A stretch of 63,981 nucleotides of DNA, filler included, from Sanchytrium tribonematis (taxonomy: Eukaryota): assembly GCA_018985235.1 (NCBI GenBank). It is 5 parts of 5 records of this genome, joined end to end, with 100 filler letters (N's around TTAATTAATTAA, not from the genome) between each part and the next. Parts side by side here need not be neighbours in the genome. Positions count along the whole stretch, not along the records: positions 13,359 to 26,594 come from JADGIG010000197.1; positions 26,695 to 39,886 come from JADGIG010000198.1; 3 more parts are not named here. One strand, 5' to 3'. Shown piece after piece: positions 21,690-32,566 of this stretch (position 1 is its first letter; every line of letters begins with the position of its first letter). The translations under genes and the position numbers were made by a program. The notes beneath the pieces were generated by a model. That model did no database searches, was not told the origin of the DNA, and worked only from the letters and a program-made list of their open reading frames with translations.

Positions 21690-22028
21690 ATGACAATCCA
21701 TGATATATACGGATTTGGAGAACAATGCCCAGAATTTTTGTGCAAGTATCCAAGCAAGCGAAAACCTCATATTTATGCTGACAAGCCAAAGTCACAGTTC
21801 AGTTTAGATTGCAATGTTGTAGGAGCAGTCAACCCTCCCAAAATTGAAAAGAAATCTTATAAACGAGGCACTTACAAAACACCACCACCAGGAGAATTCA
21901 AATTACAAACTCATGTAATTGGAGGTACCAGCCCTCCACTTCCACCTTGCAAAACAATAAAAAAGAGGTTTGATGCAATCCCTGGAGGCACTGGTGAAAG
22001 TATTTATGACGTTATGCACTGGAATTAA
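21690..22028 (+). CDS. Small proline-rich basic hypothetical protein
   Basis: ATG ORF with two loosely repeated segments (VVGAVNPP / VIGGTSPP); family not recognised. Confidence 0.55.
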   Translation: MTIHDIYGFGEQCPEFLCKYPSKRKPHIYADKPKSQFSLDCNVVGAVNPPKIEKKSYKRGTYKTPPPGEFKLQTHVIGGTSPPLPPCKTIKKRFDAIPGGTGESIYDVMHWN

Positions 22029-22058
22029 AACTTTTATTAAAGTAAATAAATTTTTGAA

Positions 22059-23411
22059 TTAATCCCAAGATTCCATTAGTTCTTCTCTGAGTGCAATCCA
22101 TCTATCAACAAAATCTCCTAACAAACTACTGGTATCCTTAACATCAATCTTGGTATATTCGTTTTCTGATCTCTCGCCCAGCGCTGTACAACCATAACCA
22201 TTACTACTTGAAACTAAAAGTGGCTTGAGTGCCTTGTTATTATATGCATACCTATAAACTTGAGTTTTTTGGAAGTAGTCTTTGCCAATATTGCCTCTAT
22301 ATTTAACCTGGTTTGCATGAAAAAACATGGGCTCGCCTTTGAATCCGTTTTGTAACATTACTAGACCACAAAAAAATTTCTCGCCTTGAGATCGATCAAG
22401 GTAACCTACCAGAGATGTAAACCAAGGAACCACCTTATAAGGAAGATTTACAAATTTAGCAGCGTATCTCATAACATCCTTGTCTCCAAAAAATACATCA
22501 AACCAAAAGTCACGATCTTGCGTGATATAATATGACATAAGTAAAGTTTTCATATGCTTTTTCTTATTTACAAGCAACTGGCCTGCTTCCAATTCCCATT
22601 GATTAGAGCATTCACTATTAAAAATACTATGTATTGGGTTTTTTGGATGTGTTTTCCAAATATCGGGCCACATAATTAAGCCAAATTTTTCATACTCAGG
22701 CATGTCAAAATAGGTACTAGGATCCTTAACAGGTACATTGTCAGAATCCAAAAAGAGTATATCCTCAAATTGACTGGCAAGAATAGAGGCACTCTTTAAT
22801 TGATAATTTCTTGTATTTTCTGTGTATTGAATAGGTTGACTTATGAATACAAGTTCTTTCAGATTTACAACGTTAGAATCCTTCATATTGCTAAATACTA
22901 TTTCTTGAGCCGGCTTCAACTCGTCGTAGTGAAATAATTCAATTGGTATATCAGAGAAGCTTCGAATAGTAATAATATTGGAATAAACCATTTTAAAAGA
23001 GTGTTTTGTAACAAGCATCACAATGCCTTTTTTTCCGATTGACTGATCTTGAGCTGACATTGGGTGAGAATACGATTTTGGAGCTTTATAAAACAAATTT
23101 GGAATGGCATTGTGATGCAATGTTAAATTAATGCTCAGTGAATAATGCCTTAGCTTCATTTGTCCCATTTCAGTCATGTTCCTATGCCAAAGCTTCGGTT
23201 GCGGCCAGATGTCTATTTGATCTTTATAGATCATTTCATCGCAGTTGTAATTGAAATCAAAATTTGTGACATTTTTAGGTATACTGCAGCTGATAATAAA
23301 TATTAAGATAGCTATGAGCCATGTTAATTTTGAAAATTCAAAAATCATTTGATTTCGAGTGAGGGTCAAACACAGGATCTTGGAAAATTTACTTTGAGGA
23401 ACTTTATCCAT
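22059..23411 (-). CDS. GT71 alpha-mannosyltransferase (Mnn2/Mnn1-like)
   Basis: N-terminal TM, FEDILFLDSDN (DxD), WPDIWK, EAGQLLVNK and FGDKD. Confidence 0.88.
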   Translation of the reverse strand: MDKVPQSKFSKILCLTLTRNQMIFEFSKLTWLIAILIFIISCSIPKNVTNFDFNYNCDEMIYKDQIDIWPQPKLWHRNMTEMGQMKLRHYSLSINLTLHHNAIPNLFYKAPKSYSHPMSAQDQSIGKKGIVMLVTKHSFKMVYSNIITIRSFSDIPIELFHYDELKPAQEIVFSNMKDSNVVNLKELVFISQPIQYTENTRNYQLKSASILASQFEDILFLDSDNVPVKDPSTYFDMPEYEKFGLIMWPDIWKTHPKNPIHSIFNSECSNQWELEAGQLLVNKKKHMKTLLMSYYITQDRDFWFDVFFGDKDVMRYAAKFVNLPYKVVPWFTSLVGYLDRSQGEKFFCGLVMLQNGFKGEPMFFHANQVKYRGNIGKDYFQKTQVYRYAYNNKALKPLLVSSSNGYGCTALGERSENEYTKIDVKDTSSLLGDFVDRWIALREELMESWD

Positions 23412-23541
23412 AATTTTGGCCTACTCCTGAAATGTTATATATTTACATTTCTGGGATTCTGCTTTATAAAAGATAATTCAGGCGTTTACTTCAATGAAAA
23501 TTGTTGAATTATAATCATAATTTATTAAAAATTATGAATAA

Positions 23542-24060
23542 TCAACCATAGCATCTAATCTTTGTCTTATCTCCTTTCAATGAGCATTGACCACCTTTTT
23601 CCAAATACTTTTGATGATACTCCTCTGCGTCATAAAATTTCTTAAATGGAGTAATTTCAGTGGCTATTGGTGTCTTGTATTTTTTCTGCTCTTCATCTTT
23701 AGATTTTAATGCGACATTTTTTTGTTCTTCACTGTGGAAAAAGATGGCGCTTCTATATTGGGTTCCAATATCATTGCCTTGTCTATTCATTTGGGTTGGA
23801 TCATGTTTTTCCCAAAAGACTTTTAGCAATTTCTCGTAAGAGACTACTTTGGGATCAAACGTCATAGATACTGCTTCGGCGTGGCCAGATTTTCCAGAGC
23901 AAACTTGCTCATACGTAGGATTTTCTTTCGTTCCTCCAATATAGCCAACCTTAGTGGATATGACACCGGGTTCTCTTTGATAGACTAATTCGACGCTCCA
24001 AAAACATCCTGCTGCAAAAGTTGCTTTGTCACTCATTTTTCTGGTTAATTGTTTCAGCAT
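23542..24060 (-). CDS. MSRA: Peptide methionine sulfoxide reductase MsrA
   Basis: [27 protein letters not shown] and AEEYHQKYL. Confidence 0.97.
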   Translation of the reverse strand: MLKQLTRKMSDKATFAAGCFWSVELVYQREPGVISTKVGYIGGTKENPTYEQVCSGKSGHAEAVSMTFDPKVVSYEKLLKVFWEKHDPTQMNRQGNDIGTQYRSAIFFHSEEQKNVALKSKDEEQKKYKTPIATEITPFKKFYDAEEYHQKYLEKGGQCSLKGDKTKIRCYG

Positions 24061-24096
24061 AAAATAGATTATTTACTCAGTGAATTATTGAAATTA

Positions 24097-25536
24097 TCAC
24101 GATGTTCTATTATTTTTCCATAGCGTCAACGAATACCAAATCTTCCAAACAATCACAAAAGAAACGCCGACTATTAAAGCAGTTTGAACATTAAATATAA
24201 ATACAGCAACGCAAGGTAGCCAAAAATAGATTAGTTGTATATAAGGATTTTTTTCGTACTCAGCTATGCAGTGGGATAAACGCGGAATCATCTCTATGTC
24301 CTCTATTGGGGTTTCTGGTAATTCCGGAGATTCCAGATCATCATCGGAATCCTCGCTTTCTAATTCAATTTCACTTCCTTGTTTGCGACGTCTCTGAGCT
24401 TCTTGAATGAGAGGCCAGCCCACAGACTTTATTTGCATCAATAGAGATTTGGCAGCCAATACGACAATTGCAGCCAGTGTTGCCATAGGCACAGGCTCAA
24501 ATAATGGTGCAATACTAACAAGAACCAGAATCAATAGCACGCACATTACAAGGTTAGAAATTTGAGTCTTCGCACCCACTTCTTTTTGCAAAGCAGCCCT
24601 AGTAAGTGAGCCGGTGGCCATAAATCCATTAAAAAATGAGATAATTACTGAGCTGACACCTGTTAAAAACATATCTTGGGGTATGCAGGTGCCTTCCGTT
24701 TTATATTGAGTTAGTACTGACATAGTGATGCTTGCAGATACGATAGCAACTGGCAAGGTTTGTAAAATGAGGTTTCCAATACTAACTCCAGGAACATCAT
24801 CATAATCCCAGGGTGCATTTAAATCTGGGAAGCCTTTTGGAATGTAGCCCACTATTTTAATACCCAAATTTTTAAAATCCAGCGAATACGATAACACTGT
24901 TGCAATTAAACAAACAATAAAAACGTCGGGAATCCACACTTTTCTCCAACCGCGATTGTTTCTGACATAGCCATTGATCCACTTCAGACTATAGATAGAA
25001 ACTAAACTAATTGTACTAACTGCAAATGTTGGCCAGTGGATTTTGTCAAATTTTCGAAATAAGTCAAAAACTTTTATGACTACTACAAATTGCTCTGGCT
25101 TTAGTAAAGGAATTCCAAAAAAATCATCCATTTGAGCCACTGCTATAAAAAAAGCACAACCTGTCGTAAAACCCATCATGAAATTCTTTGGAAGGAGCCA
25201 CACAGATATCAGAGATGAAAATGGTGAAATTAAGATTTGCATAAAACCTCCAATAAATGACGACAGATATATAGGTCGAACATTTCTCATCAAAAGCTGA
25301 ATCACTGTAAACGGACCAACAGTGCATGTCGGATTAGAGGCGAAAATCGCAAATGGTAGAACAGCTAAACTAGAATACAATCCGATCACAGGCTTTAAAT
25401 CTGCTAAGCTAGCATAGGCCATGGATTGAGGTATGAGTACTGTCAGTAAAGTCAATCCTGCAATCCCGTCTTTAATCAGATAAGAATACTCGAAATCGAC
25501 TAAAAAACTCGGTTTTTTCCAGGGGATTTGTAGCAT
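24097..25536 (-). CDS. SulP/SLC26 anion transporter, apparently lacking the STAS domain
   Basis: DGIAGLT..IPQSMAYASLA..GLYS, GFTTG and TGSLTR..GAKTQ; the ORF ends just after the last TM pair. Confidence 0.88.
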   Translation of the reverse strand: MLQIPWKKPSFLVDFEYSYLIKDGIAGLTLLTVLIPQSMAYASLADLKPVIGLYSSLAVLPFAIFASNPTCTVGPFTVIQLLMRNVRPIYLSSFIGGFMQILISPFSSLISVWLLPKNFMMGFTTGCAFFIAVAQMDDFFGIPLLKPEQFVVVIKVFDLFRKFDKIHWPTFAVSTISLVSIYSLKWINGYVRNNRGWRKVWIPDVFIVCLIATVLSYSLDFKNLGIKIVGYIPKGFPDLNAPWDYDDVPGVSIGNLILQTLPVAIVSASITMSVLTQYKTEGTCIPQDMFLTGVSSVIISFFNGFMATGSLTRAALQKEVGAKTQISNLVMCVLLILVLVSIAPLFEPVPMATLAAIVVLAAKSLLMQIKSVGWPLIQEAQRRRKQGSEIELESEDSDDDLESPELPETPIEDIEMIPRLSHCIAEYEKNPYIQLIYFWLPCVAVFIFNVQTALIVGVSFVIVWKIWYSLTLWKNNRTS

Positions 25537-25596
25537 ATTCGATAAAGTGATGTGAAGGATAAAATGCTATATATTGCTGCAACAAATTTATTTATT

Positions 25597-25914
25597 TCAC
25601 GCAGAAATGGCTTTGGGTTCTTTTGGAAGTGACTGATTATAGTTGTAAATTCTTGCTAATTGGTACAAACCCGTAGCTGCTACAAATACATTAACTGCAA
25701 ATAAACTATAGTTTTTAGGTATGATTACCAAGGAATACCGTGACCAGGTTAGACCAGTTCCTGCTAAAGAAACGGATTGAAAAGTGGAAAGTTTTTCAGC
25801 TGGTCTATTGATGTCTTTCAAGCCCGCGATCACAAGGCCCCATTTAAACATAGGTGCCCAGAAAAATACAGTCTTTGGTCCTGCTGGATGATTTAAAAAG
25901 GCTGCAAACGACAT
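25597..25914 (-). CDS. MPC2: Mitochondrial pyruvate carrier 2
   Basis: HPAGPKTVFFWAPMFKWGLVIAG, RPAEKLS and WSRYSLVIIPKNYSLFAVN. Confidence 0.95.
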   Translation of the reverse strand: MSFAAFLNHPAGPKTVFFWAPMFKWGLVIAGLKDINRPAEKLSTFQSVSLAGTGLTWSRYSLVIIPKNYSLFAVNVFVAATGLYQLARIYNYNQSLPKEPKAISA

Positions 25915-25950
25915 TGACAAAAAGGATTTGTTTGAAAAATATTTTCAACT

Positions 25951-26594
25951 TTATTTAACAATCATATAATGGTCACTTGGCTTCTTTAATAGAACCTCTA
26001 AGCTGTCCCGCTCTTCGTGGCAGTGTTTGATAATATCAACAAATACCTGCATTTCATGCAGTCGTCTTTTTTCTTCCAAAACGTACTGAGAATGTAATTT
26101 TCTTTTCCAAGAATCATGCCTTTCGCAGTTGACGATACCACAAATTTTATCTGGGTCTTGTATTTTGAGCGGCTCTTTTCTTGAGTAGGATATCATGTAC
26201 TGCATCGAGAAATCGCATACATCGCCTTCCCGGACTGATTCTGGCCAAGGCCAATTGTCTAATTGACTATTTAATTTTGAATAAATGTCTCTAATCTTGC
26301 TATAATTCAATCTGGCATCTTCAGCTTGATCTTTTAATTGATTAAATAATTTCAGATCGCTACTATTTTTCATATAACGTTTTGGCATTGTCTCTATTTC
26401 ATTTTTAAGTGGATTCACAACGACATTTTTTATAAATTTAATTCCACATTCAAAAGAGCAATACTTGGACTGAAAATCCCCGAATGCTTGATAAGCTTTA
26501 TTATTGCATTCAAAGTTTGCACAAGGAAAAGCATTAACACAAAAAGGACATTCATAATCCTCATCTTTGGGAATCACTCGCAAATTCCCATTAA
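25951..26594 (-). CDS. COMPASS subunit Spp1/CFP1-like, 5'-partial
   Basis: End of a PHD finger (YECPFC), C..C...SKYCSFECG and CERHDSW motifs; truncated at the contig edge. Confidence 0.7.
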
Positions 26595-26694
26595 NNNNNN
26601 NNNNNNNNNNNNNNNNNNNNNNNNNNNNNNNNNNNNNNTTAATTAATTAANNNNNNNNNNNNNNNNNNNNNNNNNNNNNNNNNNNNNNNNNNNN
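26595..26694. other. Artificial contig-joining linker
   Basis: N44-TTAATTAATTAA-N44. Confidence 0.98.
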
Positions 26695-28262
26695 TTATTC
26701 GACATTTTCAATAACTTTAAGCTAGGAGGTATCGATGGCAACGTAGAAGTCAATCCACAACTTACCATTTCAAGTGACTGGCACGGTGGAAGTTGCGAAA
26801 TAATGACAATTGGGTTTTTAGTCAAATTTAAATTTACAACGCTGTCCATAAATGAAAACATTTGGTCTAAATTGTTGTAGTCTAATCTGATTGTTGTGAT
26901 GGTAGAAGATGTAATTTGTGGGTTTGCAAGAGTGTTGTTATTTAAGTCCAACTCCTTGACAATCACATTCGTCGCGGAGAAAATGCTTAATTTATTGCCA
27001 CTGAAATCTAAAGTGGCACCGTTACAATTTAAATTAGTCAAAGTAGCAGATCCAAGTGCACCTGCAGCTATTTTAACGCTTAGGCAGCTACTGCTGAGAA
27101 CAAAGGATTGGATATTCTTATTTTGAATGTTCAAATTAGACATTGAGACTGTATTTGTGATTTTCAATCCAAAATTGTCTGTAGTAGCTGACCAAGAAAA
27201 GTCTTTGGTGATCGAATCAACATCTAGTTGTTGCAAATTCAAATTGGTACCATAAATATGTGCAGTAATAAAGCCGTTTATATTCAAAGTACTGATATTG
27301 TTATTGTTCAGATAGATGTCATTGTAACGATTATTGCCGTGTATTGTCAATGTTGTGAAGCTATTATTACTCAAAAATAATCCACTGGCCGCACCAGCAT
27401 AGATAAACTCATAGTTATTACCAGGAGGGAGACTTAGGCCACCTGCATTAATGTCAGTATTTGTAATAAAATTGTTTTCGAGTCTCACTATTACAGCTGA
27501 ACTAGGGATTGCTGGAATGAGACCTCTGTAGCCCATGTTGTCCATATTTAAAAGAGTAGCTTGAGGAAAACTGATAAGGTTTCTAACTGGATTCCCTTTC
27601 AATATAATAGTCAAATAAAGCCCCGTCATAGGTGGGAAATCCGAGCTTTTTATCGTCGTCAATAAGTTATTTGTCAAATCTAAGAACAGCAGGCTACTTT
27701 GACAAGTAAATGATTTTAAAAAGTTGTTTGACAAGATCAAATAATCTTTTTCAGTGAACATGTCTTTAGGGACAGTGAGATTTGTGAAGTGGTTGAAGGA
27801 CAAATCAACCGATGAAGACCAACAACTGGAGGCGGGATCCAAGTTCTCGAAATTGTTGTGTGCTAATTTTAATTGGAGTACATTTCCAACAGGAGGAGGG
27901 CCGCAATGAATATACAAAGTCCCATTGAACTGATTGTTTGAAAAGTTAATGTTTGATAAGTAATCTGTTCTTGAAACTGTCAAACTACCTCGCAATTGAT
28001 TATTTGAAAAATCGGCGGTTTGGAAATAGTTTGTCGCGCCTTTAGATATAATCGTTGCAAATGCTGCATCGTTGAAGGTTCCATTCAGCCTTTGATTACT
28101 CAGATTAATCGCAGAGATCGAGAACTTTCCTGCGCAGGTTATACCAGGAATAAGGCAGCAATCGGTTGGTATGGTTTTTGGGTAATTCATATTTTGTAAA
28201 AGGGTCGTGAGGGCAGTACATTGCTCAGCCATAGTTGAGTAGACCAAATGCAGAAGCAGCAT
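26695..28262 (-). CDS. Secreted/surface leucine-rich-repeat protein with plant-type LRR N-cap, 3'-partial
   Basis: Signal-like MLLLHLVYS, DCC...GITC cap, then many LxLxxN repeats (LSNQRLNG, FSNNQLRG); runs into the linker. Confidence 0.8.
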
Positions 28263-28474
28263 CTCTGACAAATTGAGTGGCTTGTCAATGTTGAAAAAAA
28301 CAATCAAGCCCAATATTGTGGTCCAATCAAATTTCGTCCTAGTTGAGTTTTGAAAAGTGAACCCCGTGGAGTAGAAAAATAGATTATAGAGTATAAACAC
28401 GCAGAATATGTAATGTCAAAGTTTACTGACTATAGTTTATAAACAATGCAGAGTATAATTTACTAATAAAACAA

Positions 28475-28813
28475 TTATGTTCCGTAAAGTGGGCGAGTAT
28501 ATCTTGACTTTCTCGACAATGCGGTTCGTCCTTTTCCAACACCCAGATTTTTTTGTTTTTTGAACATTGGCGCGTTCTTCAGCATATCAGGAACAACAAC
28601 AAGTTTAACACAACTTCCTCGAACGTAAACCCTTTCCATGTGAGATACTTGATTTGATCTTGACGTACATGTCACATCCAGAATTTGCATATTAAAATTG
28701 TCTTCTACTTCGAATAATTTACCTCTTAGTAGCTCTCCATTTTCTAATTCAACAGTAATTACGTGGCCCATGCTTTCATGAAGCAATTTTACTGGAATTC
28801 CAATTTGTGCCAT
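28475..28813 (-). CDS. SMD3: Sm protein D3
   Basis: IGIPVKLLHE..GHVITVEL..GE..RGKL..VEDNFN and VRGS..VVPDMLKNAPMFK. Confidence 0.96.
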   Translation of the reverse strand: MAQIGIPVKLLHESMGHVITVELENGELLRGKLFEVEDNFNMQILDVTCTSRSNQVSHMERVYVRGSCVKLVVVPDMLKNAPMFKKQKNLGVGKGRTALSRKSRYTRPLYGT

Positions 28814-28875
28814 TACAATTCAACCCTCCTAGTTTTAAGTAAAAAAATGAAATTATAAATTAGAATATGTTTTAT

Positions 28876-29217
28876 TTAAGCAATATGTTTTTCGCAATTG
28901 ATGCCATACCAGTCTGGTTCGCATACACATGAACCTGCATCATTTCTCCAAACCCCTAGCTTATTACAGCTTGGGCATAAAAATCCTGTTGAAGGCAGGC
29001 ATAATGGCTCATGAAATGTAGTCGACCAGTGGCAGGTCAATCCTTTTGCGCATGGATAAATGGTCCACTTTCCTTTGACACAGACTGCCACACCTTCACC
29101 AAAACATTGAGGCTTGGACGTTGCGGTGGCACATTTACCCTTAATCTGGGGAATGTTGGTTGGACAAATAACTGGAGGGAATAATACTCTTGCTAATAAG
29201 GTGGCTACAAAAATCAT
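28876..29217 (-). CDS. Small secreted cysteine-rich protein (CBM19-like module plus EGF-like tail)
   Basis: Hydrophobic N-terminus; AVCVKGKWTIYPCAKGLTC and CVCEPDWYGINCE. Confidence 0.6.
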   Translation of the reverse strand: MIFVATLLARVLFPPVICPTNIPQIKGKCATATSKPQCFGEGVAVCVKGKWTIYPCAKGLTCHWSTTFHEPLCLPSTGFLCPSCNKLGVWRNDAGSCVCEPDWYGINCEKHIA

Positions 29218-29446
29218 CAGTTTTTCGGGTTTTCAAGCCTATTTAAGTTAATACGTCTATTGACGTACCCAATGGCATCTACTATTACGTCCACATCGTA
29301 GCAAAATACGGATATTAAAATGTTTATTCTTTCTTGACTGAAAAATCAATCAGCCTATCAAAAATGAAAGCTTAAGCCATTGGCACTTTCTGATTGGACT
29401 GTTCTTCTTTATTCATCTATGAATCTTTGAACCCCAATTTTTTTCC

Positions 29447-30460
29447 ATGTCTCGAGAATCTCGAAAAATAACCAGAGCGCAATACTTTAGCATATTAGGA
29501 ACCATAATCTTATTCGTTGTACTGGTACTATACTCTTTTAATCGCTCGGCAGACGCACCATCAAAATTCAAAACTACACAATTGAAAGACAATCTTATGG
29601 AGGACGAAATGCCTAACGTTAGACTCGATGATGAGATAGCACCTCAAAAGATTCATCTACCGGATCCAATCGAAGATGATGAATTTCTCATTCCTCAAAC
29701 AGTTTTTATGAGTGTCAAAAATTTAAATCCAACTGACGAACATGCATTAAAAGCAATAGCTGCTATGAAAAAATTTCCAGATTATAAATTAGAATTATTT
29801 GATGACGATAAATGCATTGAAATTGCTTCCAAATACAAACATGTCTTAGATTTGGAAAGCACAGTTAAGAATCTACCTCATGGAGTCATGAAAAGTGATT
29901 TTTGTAGATATATTATGATTTACGATCAAGGTGGAATATATGTTGACAGTGATGTCATGATTATGAAGGATCCCAGAGAATGGATGCAAACAGCAAATAC
30001 AGTTGAGAATCCTCAACCAATTCGGATGATAGTTGGTCTTGAAATTGCGTACACCAGCGAGCCCACAAACTGGAAGCTACTGGACTACTATGTAGGAATG
30101 CAGCAATTTGTTCAATGGTCATTTGCAGCAGCACCAAAGCACGAAATATTATGGGATTGTATTTACGAGATTCATAGCAATTTTATTAAAGATCCTGCCT
30201 CATTTCAAGGTGGAAAAGGACAGAAATTTAATATTAATTTAATTCAAAAGACAGGACCTGGTGTTTTTACAAGAGCTGTGCAAAAGTACATGAATCGATT
30301 TAAAATTGGAAGTGACGCACTGTACAAGACCCCAGTGATCATCAACGATCTTTACATTGGTGGGACGGACTTGTTCAATTGTCTTCCACAATATAATGAT
30401 TGTGTGCCAACAAGAGGTATATGGCACTTATTCTCGGGGCGATGGAAAAAACCGGAATGA
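29447..30460 (+). CDS. GT32 alpha-1,6-mannosyltransferase (Och1-like)
   Basis: Type II TM, KSDFCRY..GGIYVDSD (DxD), QFVQWSFAAAPKH and TGPGVFT. Confidence 0.88.
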   Translation: MSRESRKITRAQYFSILGTIILFVVLVLYSFNRSADAPSKFKTTQLKDNLMEDEMPNVRLDDEIAPQKIHLPDPIEDDEFLIPQTVFMSVKNLNPTDEHALKAIAAMKKFPDYKLELFDDDKCIEIASKYKHVLDLESTVKNLPHGVMKSDFCRYIMIYDQGGIYVDSDVMIMKDPREWMQTANTVENPQPIRMIVGLEIAYTSEPTNWKLLDYYVGMQQFVQWSFAAAPKHEILWDCIYEIHSNFIKDPASFQGGKGQKFNINLIQKTGPGVFTRAVQKYMNRFKIGSDALYKTPVIINDLYIGGTDLFNCLPQYNDCVPTRGIWHLFSGRWKKPE

Positions 30461-30473
30461 TTACGGAATTTAT

Positions 30474-31361
30474 TTATTCACTTTTCGCTGACACGTTGAT
30501 TAGTGTTTCTAGAAGATTATCTAATAAATTTGAACTTGAATTCTTAATTAGTCTGACGGGCTGTGTTTCTTTAGTTGAGACAATATCTGAATAAGGCTTG
30601 TTTTCTTCAAAATCGATTAAAATTTCTTTTTGCGAATCATCTGAAGCAATTGGAATTTCCAGCGCAACGCTCGAATCGCCCACCATATCAACTTTTCGAT
30701 GTTTTTCACTCCATTTCCAACGAGGTCCAACAAATTGTTCCTCATTTTGCTCCAAGCTTTTTGCCTCTGAGTCACTGACCACCTTGCATAGAATAACTGA
30801 TCCAATGAGATATAGCAAGCCAGCGCAAATCTTCCAGAAACTTGCAGAAATAGTGTCTGCATTCCATTCAATTGACTCAGGCTTGAGATCTCCTGAAAAC
30901 ACTCTCCATTCTGTATGGCTTTCTGTTGGTAATGGTGTGGAGAACTCTAATGTGTAGTATTCTGGAGTAACGTCTTCTAGTTCAACATTTTTCTTTTTAG
31001 GACATTGTGAATCTTCCTGAGCGTGGCTGTGAATTCTCGACCTTAAGAAATAGCTTGGCCTAGATACTTTTTGAATGATAGCTCTTGAGCTTCTGCTTTT
31101 TTCAATCTTAATTGTGCTACTTCTCTCATTCCATTGACATATTTCATTGGGGGCATTATTTATGCTATATTGCTTCCACGAACCATTTTGAGACTTCTCT
31201 CCAATCTGAAGATAATTTTGCTCAACGAAATCAACAAGGTTTTGCTTTCTTCTGGAAGAACTTAGCCATCGCTTTGTCTCTCCAAACACACTCTCACTAG
31301 GAGCCAAGAAAAATGCAACAAATATGCCTGTCAAAATAACTAACTCGCTTACAAATATCAT
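30474..31361 (-). CDS. Hypothetical membrane protein (N-terminus similar to the upstream gene)
   Basis: N-terminal hydrophobic IFVAFFLAPSE and a second TM-like segment. Confidence 0.65.
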   Translation of the reverse strand: MIFVSELVILTGIFVAFFLAPSESVFGETKRWLSSSRRKQNLVDFVEQNYLQIGEKSQNGSWKQYSINNAPNEICQWNERSSTIKIEKSRSSRAIIQKVSRPSYFLRSRIHSHAQEDSQCPKKKNVELEDVTPEYYTLEFSTPLPTESHTEWRVFSGDLKPESIEWNADTISASFWKICAGLLYLIGSVILCKVVSDSEAKSLEQNEEQFVGPRWKWSEKHRKVDMVGDSSVALEIPIASDDSQKEILIDFEENKPYSDIVSTKETQPVRLIKNSSSNLLDNLLETLINVSAKSE

Positions 31362-31452
31362 GGCCTTTAATTGAAACTAAAAAAAGTAGAAATTTGTATT
31401 TTATTTTATTTATTTTCTTAATTCATTTCATGAGAATCTTTCCTATTAATTT

Positions 31453-32373
31453 CTAATTTCTTATCTGTTTTATTAGTTTGTAAATTGCATAAACAAAAGC
31501 TTCTGTAGCCATCCCTCCAAAGAGAATTATCACTTGAATGTACAATAATCTTAGTGGGTTCTCATCTAGCCAGACCAGCAATTCTCTAATTTTATAGATA
31601 TAATGTGATATAAGTGGATGATATAGAATCTCTTTGAAGTCACCAATTGCCTCAATTGTTGTATAATATGAAGACAAATTTTTATACACTAAAAGAGTGT
31701 ACTGGGAATCCTGCAGGGTAATCTTCTTTGCATTGTCTAGTAATTGGGAGACTATAAGTGATGCAGCATCTGGGCGTTGAATATTCTTTTCAGTGTCAGA
31801 GCTGCATTCAAAAATGATTTTAAAAGCTTCCACCGCTTTGAGTGCCTGTACATGCCAAAAATGGATGTTTTCGCAGAAATCTGTTTCCTTTAAGCATAAT
31901 TGAGTATTATAACCACCATTTCCGAAGCCACAAAATGTTAGTCTTGTGACATGGTAGTTATCTTCATCAAATTTACCATAAAGATAAACATCATCCTCGA
32001 TGATTTCCTCGATATCATCTTCTAGCTCCGACTCCTTTGCTGTTGGCTTGTCTAAACATGGACAGTGGCATCGAGATTCGCCATCTTTTAACTTTAATGG
32101 CTCAAAAGTCTCTACAAGGAATGCATTCGAGTAACCCATATTAAATAAGCTTTTGTTTTCTGTAGCCGAGTCATAGTAAGATGTTAAAGGTGAGCCAGAG
32201 TGTGTTGTATTGGTTATTCCCTCGTAAACTTGAAAGACTTTGATTTCAGTCTTTGCAACTTCAGCAAATTTAAATCCAATTGATGCTTTTGTTGGTAATA
32301 CATCATCTTCTGTTGGTGCAGCAATAAATGCCACAAATATAGATACGAATAAAAAAATTTCAGTGAAAAACAT
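31453..32373 (-). CDS. Hypothetical membrane protein
   Basis: N-terminal IFVAFIAAPTE and a C-terminal TM-like segment. Confidence 0.65.
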   Translation of the reverse strand: MFFTEIFLFVSIFVAFIAAPTEDDVLPTKASIGFKFAEVAKTEIKVFQVYEGITNTTHSGSPLTSYYDSATENKSLFNMGYSNAFLVETFEPLKLKDGESRCHCPCLDKPTAKESELEDDIEEIIEDDVYLYGKFDEDNYHVTRLTFCGFGNGGYNTQLCLKETDFCENIHFWHVQALKAVEAFKIIFECSSDTEKNIQRPDAASLIVSQLLDNAKKITLQDSQYTLLVYKNLSSYYTTIEAIGDFKEILYHPLISHYIYKIRELLVWLDENPLRLLYIQVIILFGGMATEAFVYAIYKLIKQIRN

Positions 32374-32566
32374 AATGACCTTAAAAAAATCAAAAAAATT
32401 TCCTTAAATTTAAACTACAAAATTTGTTTTGGAGATAAGCAAAAGGAACCTTTGGGCACCAGCTGAGAATTTTTTTTGAACCTAAGGAGTTTCAAATAGG
32501 TTTGTATAACATTACAAGATCATAAAGAAAACTATCTGTTAAAAATTTGACAAAGAAAAAAGGAAT

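Noticed and set aside
26643..28400. ORF-track limits of the LRR gene
   Set aside because: The upstream GTG start and the read-through into the N-linker are artefacts; ATG 28262 gives a signal-like N-terminus.
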